From Leucoraja erinacea (taxonomy: Eukaryota), in contig NC_073406.1 in NCBI RefSeq assembly GCF_028641065.1, forward strand, positions 10,478,001 through 10,542,000: 64,000 bases of DNA. The letters run 5' to 3'. Shown here in pieces: positions 36,165 to 48,822 of the stretch. The translations under genes were made by a program, and so were the position numbers. The notes beneath the pieces were generated by a model. The model was given only the letters and a program-made list of their open reading frames with translations, was not told the origin of the DNA and did no database searches. How positions within the stretch are numbered: the first letter of the stretch is position 1; each line of letters opens with the position of its first letter.

Positions 36165-36665
36165 CTTGTGGTGCAATGATAGAGCTAGTGGAGCCACTGC
36201 ATCGCAGTGCCCCAGGTTCAATACTGACCTTGGACGCTGACTGTGCAGAGTTTGTACGTTCTCACTGTGACCGTGTGGGTTTTCTCTGTTTCTTCCCATG
36301 TCCCAACAATGTGTGGGTTTGTGGGTTAATGGTCCAATGTAACTTCCCCCTCGTGTGCAAGGGCGAGGAGTAGAACTTTAGGGGAGTTGATGAGAATGTG
36401 GGGAGAATAAAAAATAGAATTAGTGTAAAACATAGAAACATCAGTGCAGGAGTAGGTCATTCGGCCTTTCGAGCCAGCACCGCCAGCCAATATGATCATG
36501 GCTGATCATCCAAAATCAATAGCCCATTCCTGCTTTTCCCCCTATCCCTTGGTTCCTTTAGCCCTAAGAGCTAAATCTCACTCTTGAAAACAAAGAGGTA
36601 GATAGCTGATGGTTGCCATGAACTCAGTTGGGCTGAAGGGCCTGTTTATGTGCTGTATCTCTCAG
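36165..36665 (+). mobile_element. Older V-SINE with nested antisense CR1 tail (36428-36590)
   Basis: SINE tail resumes at ~36600 after the AAACATAGAAACA...CR1 insert. Confidence 0.75.
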
Positions 36666-36884
36666 CGATTGTAAGTGAAGTACTGCACACACCTAGGTTG
36701 GGCTGCCATACTGTACCTTTGGCAGGAGCTCCAGGTGATTTAATAGTTAATTCCAGTATTGCACTGGGCTATACTCACTGAGCATGTGAAGGTTCTTTAC
36801 AGCCCATAAGTCCATTAGGTCATCTGAGCTAATCCCCAGGATTTCAAACCCACCTCCTCTCCATCCAATCCTTCCCCCAACCCG

Positions 36885-37200
36885 GTGACACAGTGGCACA
36901 GCAGTAGAGTTGCTGCCTTACAGCACCAGAGATCCGGGTTTCATCCTGGCTACGGGTGCTTGCTTGTCTGTACGGAGTTTGTACGTTCTCCCCCCGTGAC
37001 CCGCGTGGGTTTTCTCCGGGTGCTCCAGTTTCCTTCCACACTCCAAAGACGTACGGGTTTTTTAGGTTAATTGGATTGGTACAAATGCAAATTGTCCCTG
37101 GTGTGTATAGGATAGCGGTAATGTGCAGGGATCGCTGGTCGGTGCGGATCTGGTGGGTCGAAGGGCCTGTTTCCGTGCTGTATCTCTAATCTAAACTAAA
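36885..37200 (+). mobile_element. HE1-like V-SINE, full length
   Basis: Head, core and tail. Confidence 0.92.
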
Positions 37201-37404
37201 CCCCTTCTCCAGCACTCGTCCTCTCCCATTCCCTCTCTACCTTGTCTATCTATGCCCCACCATCAACCCCTTCCTAACCTCCATCACTGCCCACAGTCTT
37301 GGGGTGATGATTGTGTGGTTACGGGAATCCACAGATCAGGAGGGAAGACAAGTGATGTGATTCTGCAGCAGCGGGCTGCAGGGAAGTATTTCCTCAACAT
37401 CCAG

Positions 37405-37530
37405 AAAGAAGAAGGGTCTCGACCCGAAACATCACCCATTCCTTCTCTCCAGAGATGCTGCCTGTCCGGCTGAGTTACTCCAGCATTTTGTGTCCATCTT
37501 CGGTGTAAACCAGTCTGCCTTCCCGCACAC
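37405..37530 (+). mobile_element. PLE pLTR fragment
   Basis: GAAGAAGGGTCTCGACCCGAAACATCACCCATTCC...TTACTCCAGCATTTTGTGTC. Confidence 0.8.
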
Positions 37531-37852
37531 CCTTGTACCTTTCTCAACCCTAATCTTGCAGACACCAATGCTTTTACTAGGGGTGGTACTTACTATGCAG
37601 TCTTCTACTTATCTCTGATGAAAGAGATGGTTTGTTATGACAACAAATATATTGCAAGCACTTGTCAGGAGATGGACATCATTGGAGTTAACTTTTCCTC
37701 TGCCTTCCTTGCCAATAAGATCATTCCAAAGATCCGCATCCTCATAAACCTTGGCAATAATCTTTTTTATTTCCATTGGTACCTTGCCCAAAAATTGATT
37801 ACATTTAGAGTAACTGTTCTCTTTCCCTTCCTTATGAACTACACTTGAAATC

Positions 37853-38175
37853 TGAAGATAGACACAAAAAGCTGGAGTAACTCAGCAGGTCAGACAGCAT
37901 CTCTGAAGAAAAGGAATAGGTGATGTTTCTGGTCGAGATCCTCCTTCAGGCCTATCTTCGGTTTAAACCAACATCTGCAGTTCCTCCCTTCACATCGCTT
38001 TAACCCTGCTTCTCCAGGCCTCTGTGCCATCAAGCCACTGGAACAGGCTCTTTTAATCCCGTGTAAACTCAACACGATCTTGCGCATCTCCTTCACATCC
38101 CTCCTCAATCTTCTTAACTCCAGAAACAATCGCAGTCCAATCTCACAGCTGAAATCCTTCATCGCCCGAGCCATG
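37853..38175 (-). mobile_element. PLE fold-back fragment plus old CR1 relic
   Basis: ORF 37890..38174 LRLFLELRRLRRDVKEMRKI resembles CR1 LGLFSLERRRLRGDLIEVFKI. Confidence 0.65.
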
Positions 38176-39077
38176 CTAATAAATTGTCAAGGACTTTTAG
38201 TATTACAGCTCGGTAATTAATTCCAGGAATCTGTTGTTTTTTATATTACCTATTACAATTGCTCACTGTAAGTCCCGACTTCTTTCTCCTGGGTCCTTAT
38301 TACTGCATCCTCCCATTCCATGTTCTGTCACCATCATCACAATTGTACCTCTGCCTTTGTTGTGAAGATGGTAGTTTATATATTATTCCATAAAAGTTAT
38401 TGATGGGCTGTGATTTAATCTCAATGCTCATAATCATAAACTATTCCAGCATCATTCATATATTTCATAAGGGAAATGAACCCCATGAGAAACTAAGTTA
38501 TGAGACAGGAGTTTCCAAATTTCTACCAACACAGCACAGTATCAGGGGCAATATATTGCTGCTGTAACTCTGGTGCCAATGAGAAAGAGTTCATAAATCA
38601 AAGGATGTAAATTATTTTGTACAAACTTTAGCAATCAGCATGTCATTATAGTTATATATTCATGGTTGTAGCAATACAGAGTTACATCTGCTATCACTTG
38701 CAGAGTTTATTATCAATTTGAGACTTGTATTTGCAGCATTGAACCTGTACAATTTTAATCTGTCTTTTTGGCAGCCTGGCTTTAATAAAATAAGCTCATT
38801 TTTGGCACTCATCTTCTGCGGCTTCCATAGTTATATCTGGACATTAAATAAAGGCGTCTCCAACAAGTGGCCATTAACAAGACGGGCTTGCAGTGGAGCT
38901 CTTACTGTAGCAACTTATTAAAATAGCGATAGCAATGAAACTATGCACTCATATTTACCTATAAATCCACATTTTATACTTGCTTTCATTTCTGCAGCAA
39001 TAAGACTATGTGTCATACAATGTTTTACTGAGTGCACGGTAATGGAAAGATTCCATTTTAAATAGCTAAAGATTCCT

Positions 39078-39597
39078 TCATAGAGTCACAGCCCTGCAGC
39101 ATAGACTCAGTCCCTCAGGCCCAACACTTCCATGCCAACCAAGATGCCCCATCTAAGCTAGTTCCATTTGTCTGCATTTTGCCCAAATCCCTCTAAACCT
39201 TTCCAACCCATGTATTTGTCGAATGTCATGGTGGCGCAGCGGTAGAGTCAGGGTGGCAGCGAATGCAGCGCCAGAGACCCGGGTCCGATCCCGACCACGG
39301 GTGCTGTCTCCCCGTGACCTGCGTGGGTTTTCTCCGAGATCTTCGGTTTCATCCCACCTTCCAAAGAAGCACAGACTAGTAGGTTAATTGGCTTGGTAAA
39401 TGTAAAAAAAAATATGACCCTAGTGGGTGTAGGATAGTGTTAATGTGCAGGGATCGCTGGTCATAGTTACTCGTGGCATCAAGTGGGTCGGGGCGTTTTT
39501 TCTAGCCTGATGAAAAATGTCCACGAGTAAAAACTGTTGTGAATTAGGTCGTGAAAGTGGGACCTTAAGGCAGCAGCACTAACCGCTGTGCCACTGT
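39078..39597. mobile_element. CR1 tail (-), V-SINE (+ 39226-39462), Harbinger MITE end and V-SINE head remnant (-)
   Basis: AAAGTGGGACC TIR-like end joined to TAAGGCAGC...ACCGCTGTGCCAC. Confidence 0.7.
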
Positions 39598-40280
39598 TAT
39601 AACAATCATAACAGGAATAATAGTCCCACTGATATTCATCCAAGTGATTTTTCTTCAACTACCTGGGCTTAGATTTCAGCACAGGCCTGGATTAATTAAC
39701 TGGAAATCTGAATAGTAAACTAGTAAACCAATCTCCACTGTCATGCACAACTAGTTTAACATCTCTGTTTCCTTCTCCATACCTGCCATTAATACAATTG
39801 ACCAGTTTTATTACCATCCACAAAATTAATATGGGACTATTAACTCTTAGATCTTGCAAGGAATGGGCAGAGCCTGTAGCCATAGATCATAAACATATAC
39901 AGAGCAGAGATAGGCCATTGAGGATACATCGACCGCAAAGCATCTAGTTATATTCATTCTACATTAATCCCACCACCAGTTACGTCTCTCACCCCCCTTC
40001 TACATTCCACTGGGACCGCACTCTTTGTGACTCTCTAATCCATTCATACTCACCACTCACTCCTCTCATCCCTTCGCTCATTCCCCTGCTACAATCAGAG
40101 ATGGAACACGTTTCCTTTCACTTCCTTCCTCACCACCGTCTGGAAGGTTTAGAAGAAAATAGTTTTCCTCCACCTAGATTTACAGCTCCCTTTGTATCTT
40201 GAAAGCATTGATCAAATAAGCAACAACGCCTTAATGAATCTTCTAAATACCAAGGACACACACAATAGTTGTTTGAGTAA

Positions 40281-40465
40281 GGTTACACAAAAAAAAGCTG
40301 GAGAAACTCAGCGGGTGCAGCAGCATCTATGGAGCGAAGGAAATAGGCAACGTTTCGGGCCGAAACCCTTCTTCAGACATAGATGCTGCTGCACCCGCTG
40401 AGTTTCTCCAGCTTTTTTTTGTGTAACCTTCGATTCTCCAGCATCTGCAGTTCCCTCTTAAACAC
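40281..40465. mobile_element. Fold-back PLE-derived mini-element with 14-bp TSD
   Basis: AGTTGTTTGAGTAA at 40267-40280 and 40466-40479; inverted arms; minus-strand hammerhead-like core CTGAAGAAGGGTTTCGGCCCGAAACGTT. Confidence 0.88.
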
Positions 40466-40894
40466 AGTTGTTTGAGTAATCCTTTTGTAACACCATCCTT
40501 GTCACTCAGTTAATCTATTAGTATTTTGTAATCTAAATGCTTTCAATAACAGCTGCATGGATACACGGTTTTCCATTCTATTGCACAAGTCTGTTGTAAA
40601 TGCAGTCAGTTGCAGACCCGGCACAGAAATTTGTGGGACACTGCAGGTTATTTTTCAGAGATTTAAGTTCATTCAGCTATTTAAGCTCTTTATCATCGCT
40701 CTTTGTCCTATCATTCAGAAAAAATTTGATTCATAAATAAAATCATTTTCCTTTCCTCTGTGACCAGATCAAAAGTTAAAAGCTGGCAGTCCCGTACAAA
40801 GCGAAGGCTGCTCTCAGGACCCTTGCAGTCTTTATTTTAAGAGTACATGTGCAGTCCTGCAGAGACTGCCACCCTGCAGATTCCCCACACGTAT

Positions 40895-41120
40895 GTTGGT
40901 AACTGTAGGAAGGAACTGAAGATGCGGGTTTTTAAAACGAAGATAGACACAGAAAGCTGGAGTGACTCGGCGGGACAGGCAGCATCTCTCTCGAGAAGGA
41001 ATGGGATACCTTTTGCGTCGAGACCCTTCTTCAGACTAGTTAGGGAAAAGGGAAACAAGAGATATAGATGATGATGTAGAGAGATAAAGAACAATTAATG
41101 AAAGATATGCAAAAAAGTAA
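40895..41120 (-). mobile_element. PLE pLTR fragment
   Basis: GTAGGAAGGAACTGAAGATGC...GAGACCCTTCTTCAGACTAG... Confidence 0.8.
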
Positions 41121-41794
41121 GATCTGGTGCTGAACCTGCCTTGAAAGTCTGATGTCTTTAGTGACTCCAATTATCGCAGGTGACAAGTACAGGCTAATTT
41201 TCCTCTTTTTCTTTCATTTTCTTCATAGTTTAAAATATATAGAATGAGTCTGAAGAATGGTTCTCACCTACACATGTTCTCCAGAGATGCTGCCTAAACC
41301 GCTGGGCTACTCTTACCATTTTGTCTTTTTTTTTGTAAACCAGCATCTGCAGTTTCTTGTTTCCCCTCGTTGAAATATATTTGATTTATTTCCCAGTATT
41401 TTAAGTGCTTTTTAAATTTGTTTTCATTTTATCAAGAATTTTACATCTTTTAAATATTTGTAACTTTTCATAGTTCATAAAGCACAATTGTTCAATTATT
41501 ATTACAGCCTGGAAGATCAGGGATGAGCATAAATTGCTGGGGAACGTGCATAGGTGACACTTTCAGTGAAGGAACCGTGTGAGTTGAATACGATGTAAAG
41601 GGCACAGCTTAAATTGTTTTTATCCATCTCAAATATAATCTGTGATCAATTGAGCCCTTCTAACACCAGGAACAACGCCCGCAAGCTTTGGGTCCACTGT
41701 GAGATGAATACAGGATACAAATTCCCTTCAATCAAGTTACGAACTGAGTTATGTAATAGCTTTACGCACTCCTGTCAATTTCTGAAATCAATAG

Positions 41795-41960
41795 TTGACC
41801 CATGTTGGTGCTGTTCCTCCAATTTGCGCTGGGCCTCACTCTGACAATGGAGGAGGCCCAGGACAGAAAAGTCAGTGTGGGAATGGGAGGGGGTTAAAAT
41901 GTTTAGCAACCTGGAGATCAGGTAGATTTAGGCGTCCTGTGCGGAGGTCCTTAGCAAAGT
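41795..41960 (-). mobile_element. PLE GIY-YIG fragment
   Basis: Homologous to 44500-44620; minus strand FNPLPFPH...SVLGLLHCQSEAQRKLEEQHQ. Confidence 0.75.
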
Positions 41961-42502
41961 CCTGGTCTGATGAAAATTGACATAGTGTTCCTCATCCTTA
42001 CAACATTCAGATTCAAATCACCTTCAAAAAATGAGGGGAAGGCCAACTAAATATCTGCTTCCAAACAAGGCACCCCTAGTCCAATTGCTGAAATGTTGAA
42101 TGTTCAAATTCTCCCCCTTCATTTTCTTGACACACATCCCACCATTCAGAGTTTTTAATTATGATGATGATGACTAAAATTAATTCTAGAATCTGCTCCT
42201 TGAATAAATGGCCATTAATTTAATGACCATGATTATATTTAATTTGAATACAGGTAATTAAAGACACATCATTGAAATTATTACATTAATATTAATATCT
42301 TTTATTTCCAGAAAAACTATCTATCTGGATAAAGGCAGACTCACTTCCAGCTGACACTCCTGTCACAGTACATCCACTGATCATGTGTAATCGGTGACTC
42401 AGATCCATCTCCTGAAGATAACACAAAGGGAGCAGGAGCCAGCAACAACATTGCCATGTAGCCCAGATTCATCTTGTTCAATGGCCGCGTGGATCAATAA
42501 CA

Positions 42503-42893
42503 CTTTAGTTTAGTTTCGTGATACAGCGTGGAAACAGGCCATTCGGCCCACCGAGTCTGCACTGACTAACAATCCCCGCACGCTAACACTATTCTACACA
42601 CACTCAGGACAATTTTACAATTATACCAGGTCAATTAACCTGCAAACCTGTACATCTTATAGAGTTGTGGGAGGAAACTGGAGATCCCAGAGAAAACCCA
42701 CGCAGGTCACGGGGAGAACAAACAAATTTCGTACCAGTAGTCAGGATCGAAGGGAATAGATCCCAATGAAGAAAACCAACACGGTCACGGGGAGAAAGTA
42801 CAAACTCCGTACAGGCAGCATCTGTAGTCAGGGTCGAACTCGGTAAGAGGCGCTGTAAGGCAGCAACTCTACCGCTGCGCCACTGTGACGCCC
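42503..42893 (-). mobile_element. V-SINE with internal duplication of the head/core boundary
   Basis: GAAAACC...GGTCACGGGGAGAA...GTAGTCAGG occurs twice. Confidence 0.85.
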
Positions 42894-44207
42894 TTTCAGT
42901 CTAAACTTTCAAAAACATAATAGTTCCAAAAAAAAGGGGCATAATGTTTAATTCTTACTACACTAAGAAATGTTGAAGCCAACGATAACATAATTAGCAT
43001 TTGTGCATGAGTTTGGTATAAGTACACAAAGCAACATTATCTATCTTATCGAGGTAACTCTAAGTTCAAGGACACTTCCTTTGCAGTGAAATTTCAACAT
43101 CAATTTTCCTTTCCCATCTATTTTTGAAGTCACATATAGATGATCATCAATCCATTTTCAATTATCCTTTGACAACCGATTAGCAATTTGCTTTAAAATT
43201 CATCATGCAAAATTAACAATAGCGGGGAAAAAGTTACAATCTTTATGACTCCATTTATACACTTAATTTTACATCAGCTCTATGAGAAAGATCTTTTGTG
43301 TGAAGAAAAGGTTACTCTTCACATTACTAGTTACATATAAATCTGAGCCACCGACACCATTTGAATGAAGCACATAACATTCAAGATTTACACAAAGCTT
43401 TTGCAATAGTCAAACCCGAAACAGACATTCATTAGTGTCGGACAGAGCAGCACCGTTATTTTCAATTGCTGCTTGGGATTGTTAGTAATGCTTGCCTGCA
43501 TTTTAATCTATACGGTGTCTTGTTTGTGGCTGTGATAGTGATGGGTGGGATTCATGGGATCACAGAGTATGGAAGAAAAAATATCATGGTCGAAACTACA
43601 TTTTTGCATAGAAACCTTGTTGAAGAGCAAGACTTGTACTTCAGTTGTCAGCCTGACTTTTGACCAGGGGATGCCAGATGGCAACAGGTAAATTCAGGCA
43701 AGAAACTCAATGGTTTCAGCATCAGGAAAGACACAAAATGCTGGAGTAACTCAGCGGGTCAGGCAGCATCTCTGGAGAACTGGAACTGATGACATTTTGG
43801 GTCGGAATTCTTCTCCATAAACCAGCATCTGCAGTTCCTTCCTACACATGTAATAAGCTAGCATTCTTTCAGACAGGGCAACCACATGTTTGTTGCTGTT
43901 TAGACTCACCTCCAATTCACCTCCAACCCAAGGAAATCTATGTTGATCAAAACAATTTTCAAGCTAAGTTAAACTCAATTAAAAAATGTCTTAATGTTTG
44001 ATAAGGAGGTTAATTGAGCTGGCAGTAATTGCCCACATTACAATTTTAAAATCCACAAATTTTGGGAAGTAGATTCCTCAGCAGCTACTGACAGTGCCCC
44101 GGCCCATCGTGGAGATGAGATGCTGGAGCCAGGTTTTGCCCCCCGTTAATCCCCACCAGCTTCCACCCTTCTGCTCTTGGGCATTAAGATTCTTAATGCC
44201 CAATTCA

Positions 44208-44990
44208 CCATCTCTGGAGAAAAGGAATGGGTGACTTTTCGAGTGGAGAACCTTCAGAGTGCGTGTCAGGGGAGCGGGAAACTGGAGGTGTGAAACGGTG
44301 CAGAACAAATCAGAGCCGGCACCGATGGCCAAAGACCCACAATGGTCCATTGCTGGCTGTGGAGGAGGTGATTTTGAGGGGTTACGAACAGTAAAACTAG
44401 CAGGTTGACTAGGGTGGGGGACGGACAGAGAGAGCTGGAATGCAAGTTGTTACATGAAATACAGAAATCAATATTCATACTGCTGGGTTGTAAGCTGCCT
44501 AAGTGTTCCTCCAATTTGCATGTGGCTTCACTCTGACAGTGGAGGAGGCCCAGGACAGAAAGCTCAGTATGAGAATGGGAAGGGGAGTTCAAATATTTGG
44601 CAGACCGAGCGTAGGTTTTCAACTAAACAGTTGCGCAGTCTGTGTTTGGTCTTGCCAATATAGAGAAGCCCACACCGAGAACAATAGATACAGTAGATGA
44701 GGTTGGAGGAGGTGCAAGTGAACCACTGCCTAACCTGAAAGGACTGTTGGGGATGGGGTTGAGGGAGGAGGTATCGGGACAGGTGTTGCATCTCCTGTGG
44801 TTGCAGGGAAAGGTACCTGGGGAGGGAGGGGGTGGTTTGTGTGGGAAGGGATGAGTAAACCAGGGAGTTGCAGAGGGAACGGTCTCTGCGGATAGTGGAA
44901 AGGGGTGGCGATAAGAAGACGTGACTAGTGGTGGGATCCCGTTGGAAGTGGCGAAAATATTGGAGGATTATGTGCTGTATGCATCACTGA
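44208..44990 (-). mobile_element. Penelope-like element 3' fragment: linker, GIY-YIG endonuclease relic, pLTR
   Basis: ORF 44564..44791 FTCTSSNLIYCIYCSRCGLLYIGKTKHRL (GIY-YIG); upstream FPCNHRRCNTCP; downstream SVLGLLHCQSEA...GSLQPSSMNIDF. Confidence 0.92.
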
Positions 44991-45182
44991 CAATGCCCGA
45001 AGATTGAACGCAGGTCCATGGCGCTGTGAAACAGCAGCTCTAGTCGCTACGCCACTCTGCCGCATACATTCTCCAGAGAGAAAACTGTTTTGATTTATTT
45101 TTATCTCAATTGGCATGAAAAAAATAACAGCAGTGGAAACACATGTCATTGAAGTGCACTGTCCCCAAACAACAGAACGAGG

Positions 45183-45483
45183 GGGGTGGCACAGTGACGC
45201 AGCGGTAGAGTTCTCGCCTTAGAGCGCCAGAGACCCGAGTTTGATCCTGACAATGGGTGCTCTCTGTACGGAGTTATTACGTTCTCCCCGGGACCGCGTG
45301 GGTTTTCTCCGCGTGCTCCAGTTTCCTCCCACTGTGAGGACGTACAGGTTTGTGAATTAATTGGCTTCGGTAAGTTGTAAAATTGTCCCTAGTGTGCGTA
45401 GGTTAGTGTACGGGGTCGGCACGGACTCGATGGGCCGAAGGGTCTATTTCCTCGCTGTATCTCTAATGTCTAAAGTCTAAAGA
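45183..45483 (+). mobile_element. HE1-like V-SINE
   Basis: Full head, core and tail. Confidence 0.9.
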
Positions 45484-45574
45484 GATAATCGAGCAGCTCG
45501 AGCAATCCCTGCAGAATCAATGGGATCTGGCTTCAAGGCAGTCTGGGGAGAAGGAGTGGAGAGGAAAGGCTACA

Positions 45575-46575
45575 AAGGTACAGCAGGCAGTGAAGAAAGT
45601 TAAAGGCATGTTGGCCTTCATAACGAGAGGATTTGACTATAGGAGTATAGAAGATGAATAGGTCCTTCTGCAGTTGTGCAGGGCCCTGGTGAGGCCACAT
45701 CTTGAGTTGTGTATGCAGTTTTGTTCTCCTAATTTGAGGAAGGACATCCTTGCTATTGAGGCCGTGCAGTGTAGGTTCACCAGGTTAATCCCCGGGACTG
45801 TCATATGAGGAAAGATTGGAAAGACTGGGCTTGTATTCACTGGAATTTAGAAGGATGAGAGGATATCGTACAGAAACGTATAAAATGTAAGCAGACTGGA
45901 CAAGCTATATGCAGGAAAAATATTCCCAATGTTGGGGGAGTCCAGAACCAGAGGTCACGGTCTAAGAATAATAATAATAATAATAATAATAAGCGCAACG
46001 AGAGATTTGGTATGCAGCTTCCATCCGATGTCATAACATAAATAACTAATAACATTTAGATTTAGATATCCCGAGAACATGGATTGTAAAAAGAACAGTA
46101 AAACAGTCAAAACAGTTCAAAAGACTAAAATGCAGATGTGTCTGTGCAACGTGACCATCCGAGGGAGACAGTCCAGGAGGGATGGGGGGGGCACTCAGCA
46201 GGGCCGGTTCAGAGCCGCTATAGCTCTGGGAATGAAGCTGTTCCTGAGTCTGGAGGTTCGGGCGTAGAAGGCCTTGTAGCGTCTGCCGGAGGGAAGTAAC
46301 GGGGCGATTTAAAACAGAGAGGTGAAAAGAAAATTTCACCAGAGAGTTGTGAATTTGTGGAATTCTCTGCCACAGAAGGCAGTAGAGGCCAATTAACTGG
46401 GTGAATTTAAAAGAGAGTTAGATAGAGCTTTATGGGGCTAGCGGAATCAAGGGACATGGGGAGAAGGCAGGCACGGGTTACTGATTGTGGATGATCAGCC
46501 ATGGTTGCAATGAATGGCGGTGCTGGCTCGAAGGCCCAAATGGCCTCCTCCTGCACCTATTTTCTATGTTTCTAA
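45575..46575 (+). mobile_element. CR1 3' region interrupted by antisense Rex1/Babar fragment (45967-46300)
   Basis: CR1 QVQQAVKK...LVRPHLE...RKDILAIE; insert reads LLPSGRRYKAFYARTSRLRNSFIPRAIAALN on the minus strand with a (TTA)n tail. Confidence 0.88.
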
Positions 46576-47178
46576 ACAGCATGGAACTTCAAAGCTGTTT
46601 CTCAGATATAAATACAGAAATAAGTCATTTCTAATTGAAACTGTGAATAGTAAAAACCACTGCACCAAACAATGACCTGAATAGTTATTTCCCTGGGGGA
46701 CCCTATTAACTGTTCTCGATTCTGCACTCCTTTCAAGTGGCTTATGTTTGCTTCCCCAGCCCCTGACTTCTCTCGTGTGTAGGAAGGAACTGAAGATGCT
46801 GATTTAAATCAAAGACAGACACAAAATGCTGGAGTAACTCAGCGGGACAGGAACATCTCTGTAGTTCTCTCTTTGGAGTGATTTCTCTCTGATAGAATGA
46901 TAAAGTATGATTATTGTTTATTGCGGTGACACCATTACTTTGAAGAATTTTTTTTTTTTTTTTTTAAACGTACATGGTTCTAAGGCATTGTTGTTCAAGC
47001 TGAGAGTGCTGTCCCACCTGGTGTGAAACAATAACGGCAGCGCATACATCAGATGAAATTAATTTTTGATTGTAATTAGCGTGGAGAACAGAGCAGGAAG
47101 CAAGTGTCTCTCTGAAGCGGGGAATTGAAAATAAAAGTTTTAAGAAGGACGGTTTGAAAGAAAAAGGACAAATAGTCC

Positions 47179-47318
47179 NNNNNNNNNNNNNNNNNNNNNN
47201 NNNNNNNNNNNNNNNNNNNNNNNNNNNNNNNNNNNNNNNNNNNNNNNNNNNNNNNNNNNNNNNNNNNNNNNNNNNNNNNNNNNNNNNNNNNNNNNNNNNN
47301 NNNNNNNNNNNNNNNNNN
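47179..47318. other. Assembly gap (140 N)
   Basis: Run of N. Confidence 1.
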
Positions 47319-47387
47319 GTTCTGATTTTAAGGTCCAAGATCCACCTATTTCAGTTTCTAATGCTGATTGCTGTGCGATCTAAGGTG

Positions 47388-47525
47388 TGTAGGAAAGAAC
47401 TGCTGGTATAAATCAAAGGTAGGCACAAAATTCTGGAGTAACTCAGCGACACAGGCAGCATCTCTGGAGAGAAGGAATGGGCAGCATTTTGGGTTAAGCC
47501 CCTTCGTCAGACCCAAGGTGTCATT
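47388..47525 (-). mobile_element. PLE pLTR mini-element with 12-bp TSD
   Basis: CGATCTAAGGTG at 47376-47387 and 47526-47537. Confidence 0.8.
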
Positions 47526-48042
47526 CGATCTAAGGTGCTGTTGTAATTGGACCCCTGTTAAGTTAATGGACCAATTGCTATAGCACTACACGCACCACAT
47601 GCACCACAGTCTGGAGAAGGGTTCCGACCTGAAACATCACCCATCCTTTTTCTCCAGAGATGCTGACTGACCCGCTGAGTTACCCCAGCACTTTGTGTTC
47701 ATCATAGTTCCATCCAGGCTCTAAGTTAGTCCAGCAGTTTGTGTCTATGCTGCTGGCAGATATCTCCCCGACAGGAAATACATGGATTACTGCCACATAA
47801 AGGCAGCCTGTACCTCTTGAAGGAAGGCCGGGATTTACATCACATGGGGGCGGACAACCAGTTCTCAGCATTTGCTGACACAACATTTTCTAAAGGTGCT
47901 TTGGTGGTGCTTGGTAGGTCTGTGACTGAGAAAGAAGTCCATTCCCCTACCCTGGACAAGAATATGAAAGCATCTTTACAACACCAATGGAAAGGGGTGA
48001 CAAAGCAGCAGTGAGATGAAGACTGACCAGGCAGCAATGCAC

Positions 48043-48415
48043 AAGGTCATAAGGAATAGGAGTAGAATTAAGCCATTCAGCCCATCAAGTCTACCCAGCC
48101 ATTCAATCATGGCCAATCTACCTCTCTCTCCTAACCCAATCCTCATGCATTCTCCCCATAACCTCTGACCCCTGTCTAGAATCTATCTTTCTCTGCCTTA
48201 AAAATATCCACTGAATTGGCCTCCCCAGCTTTCTGTGGCAAAGAATTCCACAGATTCACCACCCTCTGAATAAATAAATATATTCTCCTTCCTAAAAGAA
48301 CATCCTTTAATTCTGAGGTTATGACATCTAGTCCTGGACTCTCCCACTAGTGGAAACATCCACTCCACATCCACTCTATCCAAGCCTTTCACTATTTTGT
48401 ATGTTACAATTAGGT
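48043..48415 (-). mobile_element. CR1 3' fragment
   Basis: ORF 48198..48437 YKIVKGLDRVDVEWMFPLVGESRTRCHNLRIKG. Confidence 0.9.
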
Positions 48416-48429
48416 CATATAATGCGCGG

Positions 48430-48822
48430 CCATTCAACCCACTCAGTTGACATTTTTAAACAGCAGCTAAAAACGTATCTTTTCAATCAAGCTTTTAACT
48501 GACTTTACTTCTTCAGATAACATTGCAAAATTAACCTTTATTCTCTTGTACTGTATTTATCTCAACATAGCCTTCAGCAGCTTGTGTGCTCATATAGTCT
48601 ATGGGACCCTGTGTTTGATCTCAGTGTTTTTGTTTTTTGTCATTTTACACTCTCCATTTTATATTTTTATATTTGTATATAAATCTGTGCTTTTTATTAA
48701 CTGCCAATGTCCTTACTGTTTTAAAATGTATTTTTGTTTAGACCCGTGGTTTTTTGGAAAACACTTTGGGTTGCATTCAATTGTATGAAAAGTGCTGAAC
48801 GAATAAAGTCACTATTCTTATT
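48430..48822 (+). mobile_element. L2 LINE 3' end
   Basis: SVDIFKQQLKTYLFNQAF and tail ACACTTTGGGTTGCA...TGAAAAGTGCT...AATAAAG. Confidence 0.75.

Noticed and set aside
44564-44791. GIY-YIG nuclease ORF
   Set aside because: Frameshifted Penelope relic, not an intact or domesticated gene.
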